Shown here piece by piece: positions 1-9,000 of a stretch of DNA of 40,032 bases (its first letter is position 1; each line of letters begins with the position of its first letter). Source of the stretch: a phage; the sequence record PZ490076.1; one strand, given 5' to 3'. The position numbers were made by a program, and so were the translations under genes. The notes under the pieces were generated by a model. The model did not search any database and had not been told where the DNA came from. It worked only from the letters and a program-made list of their open reading frames with translations.

Positions 1-127
1 GCGCTACTCATAGTGATTTCCGTTTAATACAGTCGTATATCCCATACCCTATTAGCCAGATGACCGGAGATAAGCATACCCAATGTCCAACACTCATAGT
101 TAACCTCTATCAATTTAAGTGGTAATC
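1..127. repeat. Window-end duplication: bases 1-127 are identical to 39906-40032 (assembly/circularisation overlap, not the phage terminal repeat)
   Basis: Direct comparison of the first and last 127 nt; gives a unit length of 39,905 bp. The junction falls inside the early gene region, not at T7-like genome termini. Confidence 0.9.
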
Positions 128-270
128 ACTCAGGCCACCATGTAGATGACCTGTAGTTTAACACTCAGTACCCACCTGTCAGCGTTATTGTCAGGCTATG
201 GTGATTAGCCACGTAGCAAGCCCCGCGCTTCATCATCTCGTAGCACCCATCGTAGAACGCCTGTTCACTG

Positions 271-447
271 CTATAAGTTATCTGGTACATGTTTACTGTC
301 CTCAGTGTGTAAGCTGTCATGTATGCGCTTGCGTCTCCTGTAGACCACTTTCAAGAGACGCATGGCCTCCTCGTGGTTTAACTGCCCGGTCTTGACCATA
401 ATCCGGGCGATGGTGACGTGGTGCTGGCAGAGACCATAAGTTACCAT
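271..447 (-). CDS. Hypothetical small early ORF, 57 aa
   Basis: Hand translation (MVTYGLCQHHVTIARIMVKTGQLNHEEAMRLLKVVYRRRKRIHDSLHTEDSKHVPDNL); GAGG 9 nt upstream; starts 15 nt after the kinase-like gene. Confidence 0.2.
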   Translation of the reverse strand: MVTYGLCQHHVTIARIMVKTGQLNHEEAMRLLKVVYRRRKRIHDSLHTEDSKHVPDNL

Positions 448-461
448 CTTGATGACCTCAC

Positions 462-965
462 CTATTGCAGCTTGGACACAAGGAAGAAACAGTCAACCAG
501 TATCAGCTTGCCATTCACAGCCCGTACATTGCGTGGGCTTATCTCAAACCGAATGTCTGACCCAAAGTTAGAGCAGGCGTCCAGCGCCATCAGCACATCC
601 ATCAGACCTTCCCTCACAGTCTCAGTCTCAGACCTGTCGTGTGCAACTTGGAATATCTCGTACCACTTGTGATACAGGTCAGCAGGCCGAGAGACTACCG
701 GAGACCGTGAGAAGCACTCGCGCAGCACCTGATAGAGTTGCCACTGGTCGTCGGCTAAATGCGCCTTGAGACCTCGCGTTGGTGGCATGTAGTCCATCTC
801 ATACGTGCCTACCTCAATCATCTTGACTTCAGGGAACAGTGGAGACTCAGGAAACCATCCCCACGCCATACACTCCTTTATCGGGTCAGAAGAGATCAGA
901 AGTACACGCTTCCCGCAATCCTTCAGGTAGCACTTAGTGAACGCGCCTTTGCCTATCAGTTTCAT
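462..965 (-). CDS. Early protein, protein-kinase-like (resembles the N-terminal kinase part of T7 gp0.7), 167 aa; first gene after the host-type early promoters
   Basis: Gly-rich loop-like IGKGAF near the N-terminus and a catalytic/activation-loop-like segment DIRFEISPRNVRAVNGKLILVDCF, comparable to T7 gp0.7 (GNGHFS ... [21 protein letters not shown]); AAAGGA RBS. Confidence 0.5.
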   Translation of the reverse strand: MKLIGKGAFTKCYLKDCGKRVLLISSDPIKECMAWGWFPESPLFPEVKMIEVGTYEMDYMPPTRGLKAHLADDQWQLYQVLRECFSRSPVVSRPADLYHKWYEIFQVAHDRSETETVREGLMDVLMALDACSNFGSDIRFEISPRNVRAVNGKLILVDCFFLVSKLQ

Positions 966-1137
966 CTTGTTTATCCTTTAGTTAGTGACTATCAGTCAGG
1001 CCGCTATAAGTTAACGACCTGTAGTTAATCACTGTCGGTGCACATTAAGAGTTTATCCAGATTGTTAAAGAGCATTCCCTTCAGTCAGAGGACTTCAGGT
1101 AGACCATTTCAGTGTTGGTCATCACCGTTGTTTCGAT

Positions 1138-1174
1138 GTGGTACAGCTTACATCCTATCGTTACATCTTGTCAA
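1138..1174 (-). promoter_or_regulatory. Host sigma70-type early promoter (T7 A2/A3-like): -35 TTGACA, 18-nt spacer, -10 TAAGCT, followed by GTACCACATCGAAAC
   Basis: Minus strand reads TTGACAAGATGTAACGATAGGATGTAAGCTGTACCACATCG, closely resembling T7 A2/A3 as I recall them (TTGACA...TAAGAT/TACGAT GTACCACATG). Confidence 0.55.
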
Positions 1175-1279
1175 CTACTTTCTGTCATCTGCCTGTTGTT
1201 CGTATGACTTATCAGGCTGTCTACTTAACCGGGATGACCCGGCGTCTTCACTATCCGGTTGTTGCCGTGTCGTGTTGAC

Positions 1280-1315
1280 GGAAGCTATTAAGCCATAGCC
1301 TAGACCTATAGTCAA
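1280..1315 (-). promoter_or_regulatory. Host sigma70-type early promoter (T7 A1-like): -35 TTGACT, 17-nt spacer, weak -10 CTTAAT
   Basis: Minus strand reads TTGACTATAGGTCTAGGCTATGGCTTAATAGC; layout parallels T7 A1 (TTGACT TAAAGTCTAACCTATAG GATACT). Downstream leader contains AAGTAGACAGCCTGATAAGTC, near-identical to the T7 early leader as recalled. Confidence 0.45.
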
Positions 1316-1426
1316 TAGGTAATTCGAAATAATATTGATTAAGCTATCGTCGGCCTCATGGTGTAAGAGGATATAGTCTTTGACTAACATGTCTTTGACC
1401 TTAAGTCTATAGCTGTGTGTCTATTA

Positions 1427-1517
1427 ACTGTAGGTCTCTGACTGTAGGCGTTGGTGTCTTATGGTTGTGACTGTAGGTATAGCAGGAGTCAATGACTGTA
1501 GGTAGTGAGACTGTAGG
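1427..1517 (-). repeat. Array of 5 short direct repeats (minus-strand CCTACAGTC) just inside the predicted left terminal repeat
   Basis: Plus-strand (G)ACTGTAGG at 1427, 1441, 1469, 1494, 1509; analogous in position to the CCTAAAG-type repeats next to the T7 terminal repeat. Confidence 0.6.
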
Positions 1518-1553
1518 TGTGGACGTAATGTTATACTATAACACTATACAGAT

Positions 1554-1737
1554 AGAGACTCAGAGACAGACCTATAGCTCCAACCTATCGTCTAACCTCC
1601 AGCCATAGCCTAGACCTATCGTTGACCTAACGTCTTGACTATCGGTCCAACCCTATGATAGACTGGCACGGGTAGGGCCTTTGGTCTGGACTTAAAGAGG
1701 GCCTATGGGGGAGACTTGAGGTTCTTGAACTGTGAGA
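1554..1737 (-). repeat. Predicted direct terminal repeat of the linear genome (single collapsed copy, about 184 bp); left genome end at 1737 on the minus strand
   Basis: Minus strand from 1737 reads TCTCACAGTTCAAGAACC...TCCCCCATAGG, resembling the T7 left terminus (TCTCACAGTGTACGG...TTCCCCCATAGGGGG). Region near 1554-1561 (GAGTCTCT ATCTGT) resembles the T7 TR end (GTGTCCCT ATCTGT). Boundaries rest on remembered T7 sequence. Confidence 0.4.
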
Positions 1738-1774
1738 TGTGGTCTCAAACTTTTGGTCCAAAACTCATCGTCAC

Positions 1775-1813
1775 TACTGTAGGCCACAGCCACTGTAGGT
1801 CAAGGACCGTAGG
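1775..1813 (-). repeat. Second short array of the same repeat (3 copies) on the right-end side of the predicted terminal repeat
   Basis: Plus-strand ACTGTAGG at 1775 and 1792, variant ACCGTAGG at 1806. Confidence 0.5.
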
Positions 1814-1976
1814 TCAGGCGACACTAGGATAGACCAGTAAGTAGGATGACCCTAAGTGAGCTTCTATTAAGGTGTTACCTAAAGTCCTTGACTACAATAG
1901 CTAAGGTCAGTAGAGTGAGTCTTTATCCACGTACTGACCTTAGGTCTTCCGCTCATGAATCGTTACCATGATTGCG

Positions 1977-2135
1977 TTAATTACACTGAGACACCAGAGA
2001 ACATACGAGAGTCTCGACCCACCCGACCCACTTACTTCCAGCAGTAACGCCAGCAGCAAGTAGAACAGCAGCAAGAAACCTGTATGTAGCTCGATTGGTC
2101 GCCAGAGCTTTAAGTACAGCTTTGGTCTTTGCCAT
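1977..2135 (-). CDS. Small hydrophobic protein, 52 aa, in the position of T7 gene 19.5
   Basis: Hand translation: MAKTKAVLKALATNRATYRFLAAVLLAAGVTAGSKWVGWVETLVCSLVSQCN; AGGAGG Shine-Dalgarno 11 nt upstream; not in the ORF track because it is under 60 aa. Confidence 0.35.
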   Translation of the reverse strand: MAKTKAVLKALATNRATYRFLAAVLLAAGVTAGSKWVGWVETLVCSLVSQCN

Positions 2136-2314
2136 ATGCTACATACCTCCTGTATCTATGGTCGGTGACTATCTGTATTGGAGGGATTATGATTAATATC
2201 ACCTCCTTCCATCGGTGCAAGCCTTAGGTAAGAACTCGGAGTCTGCCTCCTAAGGTCTTGCATAAAGTCTGCATATGTATATTCACTACAGTAATACTAT
2301 AAGTAACCGGGGGT

Positions 2315-2337
2315 CTTCCCTATAGTGATAGTTAAGT
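2315..2337 (-). promoter_or_regulatory. Phage RNAP promoter (phiOR-like), downstream of the large terminase gene
   Basis: Minus strand CTTAACTATCACTATAGGGAAGACC; matches the family consensus ACTAAACTATCACTATAGG. Confidence 0.65.
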
Positions 2338-2431
2338 CCAAACTCCTTATAAAACAGTAGGTTAGACTGGTAGTAACTATAGGTTACTAACTGCGTATTA
2401 ATTCAGTTTTCGCCTATAGTTATTCATTCAG

Positions 2432-4219
2432 CTAGTGGAACGTAACGTAGGACCCTAGTCCAAGCTCGTCGTCCGTATCGTGAGTTACCCGGACCCCATT
2501 GTCCCAGAACTCAGTGTGGATGGACTCGAAGCCTTTCCGTGGGTTCTCCATCTGTTCTTCCAGCCACTCCTCAGTGACTTCACGTTCGCCTTTGTTGGCA
2601 TCCTTCGCCATAGACTCAACGAAGAACTGTACACCGATAGCCAGCGCATCAAGTCGGTCATCGTGTGCCAATGCTCCACGTTCACGAGAGATACGTGTCA
2701 TCTGGTAGAAGAGAGAGTAGATAGGATTACGAACACCATCCTTATCAGAGGCAGACTGGTAATCTTGGACGATAGCAGCAGCGTTGATGATAAGTCGGTG
2801 AGACCCCATGATAGGCTCCAGAACGTCACAGATGCGGAGCTCCTTCTGACCCTTACTCTTCACTTCAGTTACAGCAGCAGGATGAATACGGGAAGCTACA
2901 GGCTTGAATAGCTCAAGGTACATCCCATCACCGAAGTTACCCTCAATGACGTATTCGTTGACCTTCCACTTACGACCAATCTTAGCTAAGGCTTCCAGAG
3001 TAGAGTCTTCATAGCCACCTCGCATACCGCCAACTTCCATAGCGAAGATGTAGCCGTTTAGCTGATACAGTACCGCATAACCAGTTTCATCCTTACCACG
3101 ACCACTAGGGTCAATGACTAGAATCTTCTGGGTGTACGAACTGAAGGCAGAACCTACAGTCTGATACGTGTGGTATGAGTCACCCATGAGTCCAACGTTA
3201 GGAACGTCCTCACGCTTGTTCTGAGGGTTAGGAAGCCATTGGTATACCATTGGGCTAGACGCTGGGTCCAAGTCGGCTACGATAAGGTCACGGAGCTTCA
3301 GAGGGTACTTCTCGGCATCACTCAGGTTAGGGTTAAGCATGAACTGTAGAGCGAAGCCAGCTTTACCATAGGACAGCTCACGTTCCTTCAGGTCCGTATC
3401 ATCGAATCGTACCTCATCGGTCGGACGCCAGTAGAAGGACTCAGGGTCCTCTTCCAGTTCTGCCTGAAGCATAGGAGCCAGACGGTCGCCGTAAGACTGC
3501 CAGTCCTTCTTATCGCGTGGGTAGCGAGCGGGCCAGATGGTAGTGGTGTATCCACGGCCTTCCAGCTCACGATACAAGGTCATCTCGTTCTGAGGAGTAC
3601 CTAGATAGATGATTGTACCTCCCGGCTTCAGGATAGCGTCGAACTCTTTTACAAGCTCTGACAGACGGTCTCGTGCAGCCTGAGTCGCTGAGTTGTTAGG
3701 AACCTCAACGTCATCGGCAATCAGGATGTCAGCACGACTACCAGTCAACTGACCAGTGATACCAACGGACTTAACCGAAGGTGAGTGGTCTGGCTTGGCT
3801 GGTCCAACGTCGAAGCTGATAACCGCATCTCGCTGCCCCTGCTTAGGTTTGAGTTCCTGAAGCTGAGGCATGAGGTCGATGATTCGCTTGATGAAGATGG
3901 AGTTCGCATCGGCTCGTTCCTTTGAGGCCGACACAATCATGAACTTCAAGTCTGGGTTGTTCCATAGTTTCCAGACCACGAAACCACAGGTCAGAAACGA
4001 CTTACCAATACCACGGAAAGCCTGAAGGATGAAGCGGCGATTATCCCCAGCAGCCAGCTTCTTACACATATCTATCTGGCAGCGGGTTGGAACCGGAAGG
4101 CTAAGAGCTTTCCAGAGAACGAAGATGAAGAACACGAAGTCCTCTTTCATCCTTTTTGTCACGGCCTCATTACGCTCTTGCGGCGTTAACTGCATCAATT
4201 GCCTCCTGTTCAGTATCAA
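2432..4219 (-). CDS. Terminase large subunit (T7 gp19 homolog), 595 aa
   Basis: Translation aligns with T7 gp19 from [18 protein letters not shown] onward ([53 protein letters not shown]). Confidence 0.97.
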   Translation of the reverse strand: MILNRRQLMQLTPQERNEAVTKRMKEDFVFFIFVLWKALSLPVPTRCQIDMCKKLAAGDNRRFILQAFRGIGKSFLTCGFVVWKLWNNPDLKFMIVSASKERADANSIFIKRIIDLMPQLQELKPKQGQRDAVISFDVGPAKPDHSPSVKSVGITGQLTGSRADILIADDVEVPNNSATQAARDRLSELVKEFDAILKPGGTIIYLGTPQNEMTLYRELEGRGYTTTIWPARYPRDKKDWQSYGDRLAPMLQAELEEDPESFYWRPTDEVRFDDTDLKERELSYGKAGFALQFMLNPNLSDAEKYPLKLRDLIVADLDPASSPMVYQWLPNPQNKREDVPNVGLMGDSYHTYQTVGSAFSSYTQKILVIDPSGRGKDETGYAVLYQLNGYIFAMEVGGMRGGYEDSTLEALAKIGRKWKVNEYVIEGNFGDGMYLELFKPVASRIHPAAVTEVKSKGQKELRICDVLEPIMGSHRLIINAAAIVQDYQSASDKDGVRNPIYSLFYQMTRISRERGALAHDDRLDALAIGVQFFVESMAKDANKGEREVTEEWLEEQMENPRKGFESIHTEFWDNGVRVTHDTDDELGLGSYVTFH

Positions 4220-4556
4220 ATCGACCGAGCCAGCGAGGTTGTATAGCCTTCCACTTCCCGGTCTGTTTACAATAAGACACGCCTTTCGGCAGGTCCCTGT
4301 TCCTGTTGTTTTCAGCCTTGGTCACAGCCCGAAGGTTCTCAATCCTGTTGTCTGTCCGGTTGCGGTTGATGTGGTCAATCACAAGGTCTGATTCAAGGGC
4401 GAACTCAGGGTTGTGCAGCTTGTAGATTAGACGGTGTACGAGATACTTACGGTAGTTGACCGTAGTCCTAAGATAACCGTGGTTGTCCATTGAGCCGACT
4501 TCACGTCCCTTCCTGAACAACTTACCGTCTGAATACGCAAAGTCTGTCAACATCAT
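4170..4556 (-). CDS. Free-standing HNH homing endonuclease, 128 aa, between Rz and terminase
   Basis: HNH motif in translation ([19 protein letters not shown]...[26 protein letters not shown]); start overlaps the Rz stop (ATGA); no counterpart at this position in T7. Confidence 0.85.
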   Translation of the reverse strand: MMLTDFAYSDGKLFRKGREVGSMDNHGYLRTTVNYRKYLVHRLIYKLHNPEFALESDLVIDHINRNRTDNRIENLRAVTKAENNRNRDLPKGVSYCKQTGKWKAIQPRWLGRFDTEQEAIDAVNAARA

Positions 4557-4999
4557 TGCTCCTTCTCTTGCTGTAAGGCTCTCACAGTGTCTTGAAGGGC
4601 CTTAATCCACTTGTCTCCTTTCACTCCGATGGCGATAAGACGTTTAGCATCTCGTTCGTCAAGTTCGGCGTAACCATCAATGAAGCATCGACCGTCACTT
4701 TGCGTGGTTCCACTCGTAGGTTTGACTCGGACGAGCAGCCGCTTATTGTCAGACTTAAGGTCAGTAATAATCCTATCAGTGCTGCCTTCCAGCTCGGACA
4801 TTTCGTCCTGAAACCGTTTGGACACTTTGTTGACTTCAGCTTGGACAGCAAGCCTTGTATCTTCCGATGCCTTAAGATTCGAGGTGTATTCTGCATTGAC
4901 CTTAGCCTCCCACTTGTTGTTAGCGGTGTGGTAGCCACCAGCAAACATCACTGCTGCAAGTAGCCACGGAGCCGCTCTCTTAAATTTTTGAAATACCAT
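4553..4999 (-). CDS. Rz-like i-spanin (T7 gp18.5 homolog), 148 aa
   Basis: N-terminal transmembrane segment (WLLAAVMFAGGY) and strong similarity to T7 gp18.5 (EGSTDRIITDLKSDNKRLLVRVK..DERDAKRLIA..GDKWIKALQDT). Confidence 0.85.
   Translation of the reverse strand: MVFQKFKRAAPWLLAAVMFAGGYHTANNKWEAKVNAEYTSNLKASEDTRLAVQAEVNKVSKRFQDEMSELEGSTDRIITDLKSDNKRLLVRVKPTSGTTQSDGRCFIDGYAELDERDAKRLIAIGVKGDKWIKALQDTVRALQQEKEQ
4621..4896 (-). CDS. Rz1-like o-spanin lipoprotein embedded in the +1 frame of Rz (T7 gp18.7 homolog), about 91 aa from the internal Met
   Basis: Lipobox LTISGC and C-terminus similar to T7 gp18.7 (WKAALIGLLLTLSLTISGCSSES...SLMVTPNLTNEMLNV). Start codon uncertain. Confidence 0.7.
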   Translation of the reverse strand: MQNTPRILRHRKIQGLLSKLKSTKCPNGFRTKCPSWKAALIGLLLTLSLTISGCSSESNLRVEPRKVTVDASLMVTPNLTNEMLNVLSPSE

Positions 5000-5381
5000 A
5001 TGTCTCCTTTAGCATTCTGCTATGAGTTGACTTAGCCCATTCCACGACTTCCTTCAGATTCTTAGTAGGAGCATGAGTTTCTTTCTTACCTCCCATCCTA
5101 ATGTCACCATAGTACATAGTTACACCTTGACGTTTAGCAAACCTAGAGTATACGCCTTTAGGTAGTTCCCTAGAGGATACAGTGTTAGCCTTGTTTGCGC
5201 CTTTAGGTATGCACCTAAGGTTTGACAGTTCGTTATTCATAGGATTCCTGTCAATGTGGTCTATGACGTAGCCATCTGGGATAGGACCGTAGGCTTCCTC
5301 CCATAGTAATCTATGAACCCCATGAACCTTACCATTGCGAGTAACCTTCCAGTACCCACCACTTATGTAAGCGTCTTCCAT
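4980..5381 (-). CDS. Free-standing HNH homing endonuclease, 133 aa, between small terminase and Rz
   Basis: HNH motif (GKVHGVHRLLWEEAYGPIPDGYVIDHIDRNPMNNELSNLRCIPKGANKAN); strong RBS AAGGAGGT 5 nt upstream of ATG. Confidence 0.85.
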   Translation of the reverse strand: MEDAYISGGYWKVTRNGKVHGVHRLLWEEAYGPIPDGYVIDHIDRNPMNNELSNLRCIPKGANKANTVSSRELPKGVYSRFAKRQGVTMYYGDIRMGGKKETHAPTKNLKEVVEWAKSTHSRMLKETYGISKI

Positions 5382-5396
5382 ATAACCTCCTTAGTG

Positions 5397-5438
5397 TTAA
5401 CCATAAAGGCCACTACCTATAGTAATGACCTTGAGTCT
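5397..5438 (-). promoter_or_regulatory. Candidate RNase III processing site (copy A of a conserved 42-bp element), upstream of the HNH gene / downstream of gp18
   Basis: Minus strand AGACTCAAGGTCAT-N-GTGGCCTTTATGGTTAA; same element occurs at 29280-29318 and 36245-36286; resembles T7 RNase III sites (..GCCCTTTATGAT..) and sits where T7 has R18.5. Confidence 0.4.
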
Positions 5439-5443
5439 AACAC

Positions 5444-5707
5444 TTATTGAACACCATACCCTGTGTCATTATCCTCAGTCGCTGAAAGTACCTTATCGTA
5501 CTCTGCGTTCAGGGCCTCCATATCAGCCAGCGTCTTCTCGTCCACAGACACCTTACTTAACACAAAGTTGTGACGAGCAAGCAGCTTCTCAATGGCGTTG
5601 TAGAGCTGAGGTGAACGCTTAGTGTCATCCCGCAAGTCTTGCAGCATAAGTCGAGCACGCTCAGTATCAAGCATCAAGAGGAACTTCTCTAAGTCCATCT
5701 GCGTCAT
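5444..5707 (-). CDS. Terminase small subunit / DNA maturation protein A (T7 gp18 homolog), 87 aa
   Basis: Similarity to T7 gp18 (FLLMLDTERARLMLQDL...RSPQLYNAIEKLLARH). Confidence 0.85.
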   Translation of the reverse strand: MTQMDLEKFLLMLDTERARLMLQDLRDDTKRSPQLYNAIEKLLARHNFVLSKVSVDEKTLADMEALNAEYDKVLSATEDNDTGYGVQ

Positions 5708-5898
5708 GTTTTACCACCTCCTTTAATCGTTTTGTAGACTAGCACACCAATCTGGACAACGGTGTACGCGATAGCTGCAACGTAGAACCATTCGTTCAGT
5801 GTAAGTCCGAAGAAGAACCGACTGGCACCATCAGCCGCAGCGGTCCCGACGATAGGAGAGGCTTTAAGGACCTCATTCTTGAAGTCTAACTCAATCAT
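5704..5898 (-). CDS. Class II holin (T7 gp17.5 homolog), 64 aa
   Basis: Similarity to T7 gp17.5 (FFFGLTLNEWFYVAAIAYTVVQIG). Confidence 0.8.
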   Translation of the reverse strand: MIELDFKNEVLKASPIVGTAAADGASRFFFGLTLNEWFYVAAIAYTVVQIGVLVYKTIKGGGKT

Positions 5899-6031
5899 AA
5901 AACCTCCAGTTTAAAGCGGGTCGTCCGTGACCCAAAGTTGTTACATACGTTGGTTAGCGTGTAGTTAGCCTCTACCTCCGCAACTTTCTAACATCTACCC
6001 CACCAACTTAATGGCAAAATGGTTTTGTTTA

Positions 6032-9000
6032 TTACTTCTGTTCAAGAGCAGAAAGTCTGGCTTCGATTCTTTCCAGTTTTCTTCTCTGATAAGCGGCTTC
6101 AGCAAAGAAAATTCCGTCAGGCCGAACACCCCACTCCTCACCCTCTTCGTGAATAACCACCTCGGTGTATACAGGTTCTTCCGTAGTGGTGACATTACCC
6201 TCCTCGTCAGTGTGTTCAATGATTTCATTGTGCGAAAATACCGTATCGGTCATCCGTGGATACTTGTCATAGCACAGAACAGCATAACGACAATTCGTAC
6301 TGTTTTCGTCCATCAGCCCATGTGCAATGAATACATCACGAATTTGCTGAGCAATAACCCCGAAGTGAATACGAGCATCATTGCCTTTCAGTTGAACAGC
6401 ATCTAACCACTGGTACATGATGTAGTGAACGTCACTCCAGGCATCAAGGAAAGCATCATCAAAAACTACCGGCTCTGTTTTCCTCTCCCCGTTAGAAGTA
6501 ACAATAGGGTTACTTCCGAGGTATGCAGTGGTGAAACGGTTTCTAGGCCCACCAAGCGCAGTGACGTTATCGTTATAAGGCTTAACATCAGCACTCTGAA
6601 ATAGATGCTCATCTCCGTTGTAAACTATTCGCCTTGAGTCGGTGTTATTTGCACCATAAAGCGTAATCTGTGCGCCAGTCGTTGCACTGGTGCCTTCACC
6701 CCCGCAAAATATGATGCGCTGCCCTGCCGGGTTATCAGTCGGTATAGATTTTCCGATAAACCCATATTCACCTTCCATTAAAACTTCAGAGCGAATGTTA
6801 CGACTGGTGCTGGCTCTAATGGTCACATGACCTAAACCCAAATCCCCTGTAAATTCCATTGGCGCAGGAACAGTGCGAATCCCATTCGTATCAAAAAACA
6901 CGGGAACAGCTCTGTTAGGTACAGCACCATACCTGAAATCCCTTGAAACACGATTGTCTGGGCCAATCTTCATTTTGTAGCAATACAAATCTGAGGGATG
7001 ACCATCTGATTTGAATGGGTCCTTCGCTGAGTTATCTCCATATGCCCATGGGTTAAAATGGTCCTCTCCACCAAACATGTAGTAGATGTAACTATCCTTC
7101 ACAACTACCGAACCAACACCTACACCTGAGTTAACTATTCCGCCCTGATAAATCTGGTCAGTGATGTTAACCCATTCAATACCATCTGCATTCCAATTGT
7201 TTACATTCAAGCGTGCATAGAAGGTGCGAGGATAAGATGCCTTGTAACGATCATCTGGTGCACCTGCTTCCCATTCATTTTCTGCACGTTCTGAACCAAA
7301 CATAATAAGGTCATCCCCTACTTTAGCAAAAGGCAATGTAGTATGATGAACATTATGTGGAAATCTCAGTGACTCCCAAGTCTGACCTATGTCTCTACTA
7401 CGATGCAAAGAGCTACCTAGTCTATCGCTCCTAGTGCCACGGGTGATGAGGTACAATACACCATCGTAATACTTGATGCAGGGTTCTGAGGCATCTGACT
7501 CATACTCTGAAGGTATCTGACGACGAACATAGTTAGCCGGATTATCGAAAGCGTTAGGGAAGTAGAATAGTCCAACTTCGCGTGGAGCTACATCACCTTG
7601 GTGATAACCCATAACAAAGCCATTGTTATCAATAGCAGAAAAGCTATGAACTTTAGTCACACGAGGAATTAAGCCAAGATCTGTCTTACGCCATGGCGAT
7701 TTATGGAATGAAGTACCCATATGCCAGTTCTTTCCAGCGTTATTCAAATCTGAGTCCTGCTGGTTAGGTGTAAGAACCGTGAAGTTGTCCTTATCTATTA
7801 CCGTTGCAACCTTCATATCACCTGATACACCTGTTACCGCAGAGTTAGAGAAGTTAACAAAGTCACCCACGAACAGCCCGTGATCAGGTACATGGATTGT
7901 TGCATATCGCTGATTTGCTGCCTTCGTAATACCACCAGTGAGATGCAGGCTACGAGACATGGGGCGATCCCACAATGCACAATTGGTTAATGCGTTCTTG
8001 GCTAAAGTACGTGTTTCAATCATGGCAAACAGACGGTTGCGACATACACCCATACTCATACAATGATAGTTCACTGTAGGGTAATCTGGATGCAGATCAG
8101 TTAACCACTCTGGAGTAGACCATGTTTGACCATCATCACCAGACTTAACCCATGATACGTGAAGACGGCTAACACCATGACGATCGCTACCCATGTAAGG
8201 TGCATATATCACATTCTCATATACGAACGCTTTATCCTGAGGCCACGCATTGTAATAAGGGGTGTCCGTTATCTTGAACAGCTCACCCTGAACAAATTCT
8301 TCAGAGACATAATAAAGAGGTTGTCCGGGAATGCGCTCATAAACGAAACGAGTGTTGATGAAGCGACTAATGTCAGGCAGGGATGTGACCTTATATGTCT
8401 TCCCATTGCCATTAAGCCTTTGTCCAACCGGTGTGTCGTTTAATGCGCTCGTTAACGCTGCTGTATCATCAGTGACACCATCCCCTTTAGCACCCCAACC
8501 ACGGACATCTTTTTCATCAAGCCAGCGTGCTCTATGTAATTCAGGGTAGAGTATTGCCCCTTCCGGGTTTGAAATCTGACTTCTTAAAGCAGCATCACCA
8601 ACACTAACCCACGCACCTAATCCAATCCCACCGGAAGTTTCAGGAGTTGAACCAGCAGGAACGTTCTTTGGAAGCGTACCATCCCAGCGGTAATAATCAC
8701 CATCCTCTTCCCATAGCAGGACCTCGCTCCATGTTGTAACGTTGTAGCCTTTCTCGAAGGAGCGACGGGTAATATAGCCAATTAGACCAGCTTCCCTGAT
8801 ACTCTCAGCGATTCGTCGTGCTTCGTCCTCGCTATCCTTAGCGTTGCCAGCAGAGCTGCTAGCAGCATCGGCATATTCCTTCGCTAAGTCAACCGTTTGG
8901 TCTCGACCTTCTTCTGCAATATGGATAGCCTGAAGCTCTGAATTGGTCAGGTCACTAGCTGTCAACACTGAGCCATTCCTGAAGTCTACCACTAAGTCAG

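Noticed and set aside
462-965. Interpreting the 167-aa early ORF as an Ocr-like antirestriction protein because it is the first early gene
   Set aside because: It is not acidic and shows kinase-like motifs rather than DNA-mimic features.
1316-1426. Possible phiOL-like phage promoter between the repeat array and the A1-like promoter (minus-strand CAGCTATAGAC)
   Set aside because: Matches only the CTATAG core; upstream recognition positions do not fit the family consensus.
5411-5430. Promoter-like core (CTATAGG) inside RNase III-like element A
   Set aside because: Only the -6 to +2 part resembles the phage promoter; the -17 to -7 recognition region (TAAACTATCAC) is absent.
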